Shown here piece by piece: positions 37,804-40,530 of a DNA stretch of 40,530 bases. The notes under the pieces were generated by a model. That model saw only the letters and a program-made list of their open reading frames with translations, was not told the origin of the DNA and searched no databases. The stretch lies in sequence record PZ513997.1; one strand, given 5' to 3'. The first letter of the stretch is position 1. Each line of letters begins with the position of its first letter. The translations under genes were made by a program, and so were the position numbers. Source of the DNA: a phage.

Positions 37804-39516
37804 ATGATGGCTGTCACTCTAAAGGACTTCCGAGAGTTCGCATACTTAGGTATGAAGTTCCTCGGCTTTGACCTTACGGAGATGCAGCGCGATATAGCTG
37901 ACTTCATGCAGCACGGTCCGCGTAAGCGCATGGTGGCCGCACAGCGTGGCGAGGCTAAGTCTACACTCGCAGCTCTCTATGCAGTCTGGCGCCTGATTCA
38001 GGACCAGAGCACGCGTATTCTTATTGTATCCGGTGGTGAGAAGCAGGCATCTGAAGTAGCTACGCTTGTTATCCGTATGATTGAAACGTGGCCTTTACTG
38101 TGCTACCTCAAGGCTGATAGTACTCGCGGTGACCGTACCTCTTATGAGGGTTACGATGTTCACTGCGACCTGAAGCCTTTGGATAAATCTGCCAGCATCG
38201 CGTGCGTAGGTATTACCGCACAGCTTCAGGGTAAGCGTGCTGACCTGCTAATCCCAGATGATATTGAGACTACTAAGAACGGCTTAACGCAGACTATGCG
38301 TGAGCAGTTGCTTAGCATCTCTAAAGACTTTGCAGCAATCTGTACGCACGGTGATACCTTGTATCTTGGCACGCCTCAGACTAAGGACAGTATCTACAAG
38401 ACGCTTACGGGTCGTGGCTTCGAGGTTCGTGTATGGCCCGGTCGTATCCCTAATCAGGAGATGCGCGAGCGTTACGGAGAAACCCTAGCCCCGTATATTC
38501 AAACCCTCATCGACGCAGGGTACAAAGAGACAGGCTTCGGGTTAGATGGTACGTTAGGTGAATGCACCGATAAAGGACGCTATAACGAGGAAGCCTTGAT
38601 TGAGAAGGAACTGGACTTCGGCCCAGAAGGGTTCCAATTACAGTATATGCTCGACACAACCATGTCCGATGCACTGCGTACCAAGATTAAACTCAGTGAC
38701 GCTTTGATTTACACTGGCTCGCATGATGCAGCGCCTGACCGACTGAACTACATGGCTGATAAGCGCTATCTCTACGGAGAGGAACATGAGGGTATTCGAG
38801 GTCAGCAGTTGTATGTGCCGAGTCACGTAGGTGAGCACATGCTCAACTATAAGCACAAGCTGCTGGTACTTGACCCTGCTGGTAACGGTGGTGATGAAGT
38901 ATCCTTTGCAGCTGGTGGTGCAGTCAGCTCTTACATCCATCTCTTTAGTGTAGGTGGTTTGCAAGGCGGGCTTAGCACAGAGAACGTAGATACCTTAATT
39001 GACCTAGCGGTCGAGATGGGTATTACTGATATCTTCGTCGAGCGTAACATGGGTCACGGCACGGTAGAATCTTTGATTATAAACCGTCTACGTGAACGTA
39101 GTATGCCCGGCATTGGTGTCAGGGGCGGTTATAACACGTCTCAGAAAGAGAAACGTATCATTGATACTATCTCCCCTGTTACGCGTCGTCACCGCTTTGT
39201 AGTGCACGCTAGGGCGCTGGAAGACGATATCAAGTACTGTATGCAGTACAGTCGTGATAAGCGCTGGCTTTACAGTGCGTTCCAGCAGTTATCCGGTATT
39301 ACTTATGACCGTGGTAGCCTGGCGAAGGATGACCGGGCAGACGCTATTAGTATGCTCGTAGCTGAACTGAACTCGCACCTCGTAGAGGATGAGAAGCAGG
39401 CAGCAGAGAAGGACCAGCTTAAGAAGGCGTTAGACTTTATGGATAACCCTATGGGCTGGAAGAAGTCAATGGTACAGAAGCGCAAGCGCGGTGCAAGCGC
39501 ACGTATCGGTTATTAA
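37804..39516 (+). CDS. terminase large subunit, T7 gp19-like
   Basis: 570 aa (T7 gp19 is 586 aa). Walker A-like 'AAQRGEAKSTLAAL'. Last large gene of the structural block. Confidence 0.8.
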   Translation: MMAVTLKDFREFAYLGMKFLGFDLTEMQRDIADFMQHGPRKRMVAAQRGEAKSTLAALYAVWRLIQDQSTRILIVSGGEKQASEVATLVIRMIETWPLLCYLKADSTRGDRTSYEGYDVHCDLKPLDKSASIACVGITAQLQGKRADLLIPDDIETTKNGLTQTMREQLLSISKDFAAICTHGDTLYLGTPQTKDSIYKTLTGRGFEVRVWPGRIPNQEMRERYGETLAPYIQTLIDAGYKETGFGLDGTLGECTDKGRYNEEALIEKELDFGPEGFQLQYMLDTTMSDALRTKIKLSDALIYTGSHDAAPDRLNYMADKRYLYGEEHEGIRGQQLYVPSHVGEHMLNYKHKLLVLDPAGNGGDEVSFAAGGAVSSYIHLFSVGGLQGGLSTENVDTLIDLAVEMGITDIFVERNMGHGTVESLIINRLRERSMPGIGVRGGYNTSQKEKRIIDTISPVTRRHRFVVHARALEDDIKYCMQYSRDKRWLYSAFQQLSGITYDRGSLAKDDRADAISMLVAELNSHLVEDEKQAAEKDQLKKALDFMDNPMGWKKSMVQKRKRGASARIGY

Positions 39517-39699
39517 ATGGCAATTGCAGCAGCAACTTTGGCACAGAAGACTGAACTTCAACGTCAACTGAATATTCTGGCTAAGGACATTTACCAGATT
39601 CTTACCCAGCCTTTGGATGCAGTGTCAGTAGGCCCGACCTTTGATGCTAAGATTCCGGCACTAGAAGCAGCTATCGCAGCTGTTAAAGCAGCAGCATAA
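39517..39699 (+). CDS. hypothetical protein
   Basis: 60 aa, Ala-rich helical ORF. Confidence 0.3.
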   Translation: MAIAAATLAQKTELQRQLNILAKDIYQILTQPLDAVSVGPTFDAKIPALEAAIAAVKAAA

Positions 39700-40098
39700 A
39701 TGATTCGTGCAGCCGCTGGGTTAGTACTCGTTACGGCGCTTACAGGATGCTCAGCGGCTTCTGCACTATCAGGATTAGTCGGCACTAAGCCAGACCTGAC
39801 AGTGCAGGCTGGGGCTGAGAATACTAAGCAGACCGTAGGTTTGAACAGTAGATCCGACTCCAGCACGGATACAACAATCAAAGATTCCAATGTAGGTACT
39901 CTAGACACTTCTACAAAGAAGCAGTCAGTTACTACTGGAACTATCAATACAGAGCGTGTACAGGTTGTTAATAATGACAGTACAAGCATTATACTAGCAG
40001 GGTTGGCGGGTGCAGCGGTTCCAATCGCAATCCTCATCATTATCCTGCTTTTCCGCAAGCTCGGAAGGAAGGGTGACGTAGATGAGTCTACCAATTAG
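39700..40098 (+). CDS. outer-membrane lipoprotein with C-terminal transmembrane helix; candidate unimolecular spanin
   Basis: 132 aa. N-terminus 'MIRAAAGLVLVTALTGC' is a lipoprotein signal with lipobox L-T-G-C. Ser/Thr-rich middle region, then a hydrophobic helix 'LAGLAGAAVPIAILIIILLF' and basic tail 'RKLGRKGD'. Topology and size match phage T1 gp11-type u-spanins. Confidence 0.5.
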   Translation: MIRAAAGLVLVTALTGCSAASALSGLVGTKPDLTVQAGAENTKQTVGLNSRSDSSTDTTIKDSNVGTLDTSTKKQSVTTGTINTERVQVVNNDSTSIILAGLAGAAVPIAILIIILLFRKLGRKGDVDESTN

Positions 40099-40284
40099 AT
40101 GGGTGGTGGATGGGTGGCTGATATCATGTCTTGGCAATGGGGCACTATCTCTTTTATTGTAGGTACTGTAGTAGCGGTACTAACGTTTCTTTGGAATGCC
40201 TACTATAAACGCAAGGAGTACTTGCTGAAAGAGAAAGCATTACAGAAAGGCTTAGAGTACTACGAGTTCAAGAATAAACCATAA
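40099..40284 (+). CDS. small membrane protein, holin or pinholin candidate
   Basis: 61 aa. One clear hydrophobic helix 'ISFIVGTVVAVLTFLW' followed by a highly charged C-terminus. Adjacent to the spanin candidate. Confidence 0.4.
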   Translation: MGGGWVADIMSWQWGTISFIVGTVVAVLTFLWNAYYKRKEYLLKEKALQKGLEYYEFKNKP

Positions 40285-40530
40285 ATGACTAGGTACGGAG
40301 CAGGTGCACACACTTTTCGATTTGGGAGTGGTGCACGGGACAGGATTGTAGTACCAGATGCAGGTACTACTGTAACGGTAGAGTACTGGTCTGGTACAGA
40401 GTGGGTTATGGACGTAGATTCACCAATTGACTCTCCAGCTACACTTTATACGCGGCTTGTACGTGTCCGCTTAACTGCGGATGGCGGCTTCTCCTTTGAT
40501 GTAGTGGAGGCTATTGATGAGTCTAATTAA
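40285..40530 (+). CDS. hypothetical protein
   Basis: 81 aa ORF ending at the last base of the window with TAA. Confidence 0.3.
   Translation: MTRYGAGAHTFRFGSGARDRIVVPDAGTTVTVEYWSGTEWVMDVDSPIDSPATLYTRLVRVRLTADGGFSFDVVEAIDESN

Noticed and set aside
39591-40094. 167-aa minus-strand ORF opposite the spanin candidate
   Set aside because: Antisense shadow of + strand coding sequence, with no supporting motif.
1-40530. A genuinely natural genome in which every gene is in one frame with no intergenic DNA
   Set aside because: No known phage is organised this way, and the duplicated overlaps and missing ribosome-binding sites are explained more simply by CDS concatenation.
1-40530. Lysogeny functions (integrase, repressor), tRNA genes or CRISPR arrays
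   Set aside because: No integrase or recombinase motifs, no tRNA-like T-loop sequences in the non-coding islands, and no spacer-containing repeat arrays were seen.

Overview
The window reads as a near-complete genome of a T7-like podophage (Autographiviridae), with a phiKMV-like layout: the single-subunit RNA polymerase gene (19036-21486) lies after the DNA-replication genes and directly before the structural genes. All genes are on the + strand. Recognisable modules in window order: tail spike-like protein, SAR endolysin and collagen-like fibre (1-3084); a non-coding-looking island with a strong sigma70-type promoter (3862-4332); a cluster of small early ORFs (4333-7287); replication genes (primase, helicase, two-part family A DNA polymerase, T7 gp6-like exonuclease, endonuclease VII) interspersed with four HNH endonucleases, a frame-disrupted pentapeptide-repeat gene and a metallophosphoesterase (7288-18741); RNA polymerase; then portal, scaffold, capsid, tail tubular A/B, internal virion proteins, tail fibre, terminase small/large and lysis-associated membrane proteins (22615-40530). 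The main caveat is that the sequence does not behave like contiguous natural DNA: every ORF sits in the same reading frame, each starts on the base after the previous stop, no ribosome-binding sites or intergenic spacers exist, and several junctions carry exact duplications. This fits a genome-order concatenation of called CDSs (or an artificial refactoring), so regulatory features and gene spacing cannot be trusted. Product calls rest on motifs I could read by eye in the supplied translations; no database search was run. The most interesting candidates are the pentapeptide-repeat (possible DNA-mimic) gene, a repeated structured element in the two non-coding islands, the metallophosphoesterase, the small early and acidic proteins, and a u-spanin-like lipoprotein.
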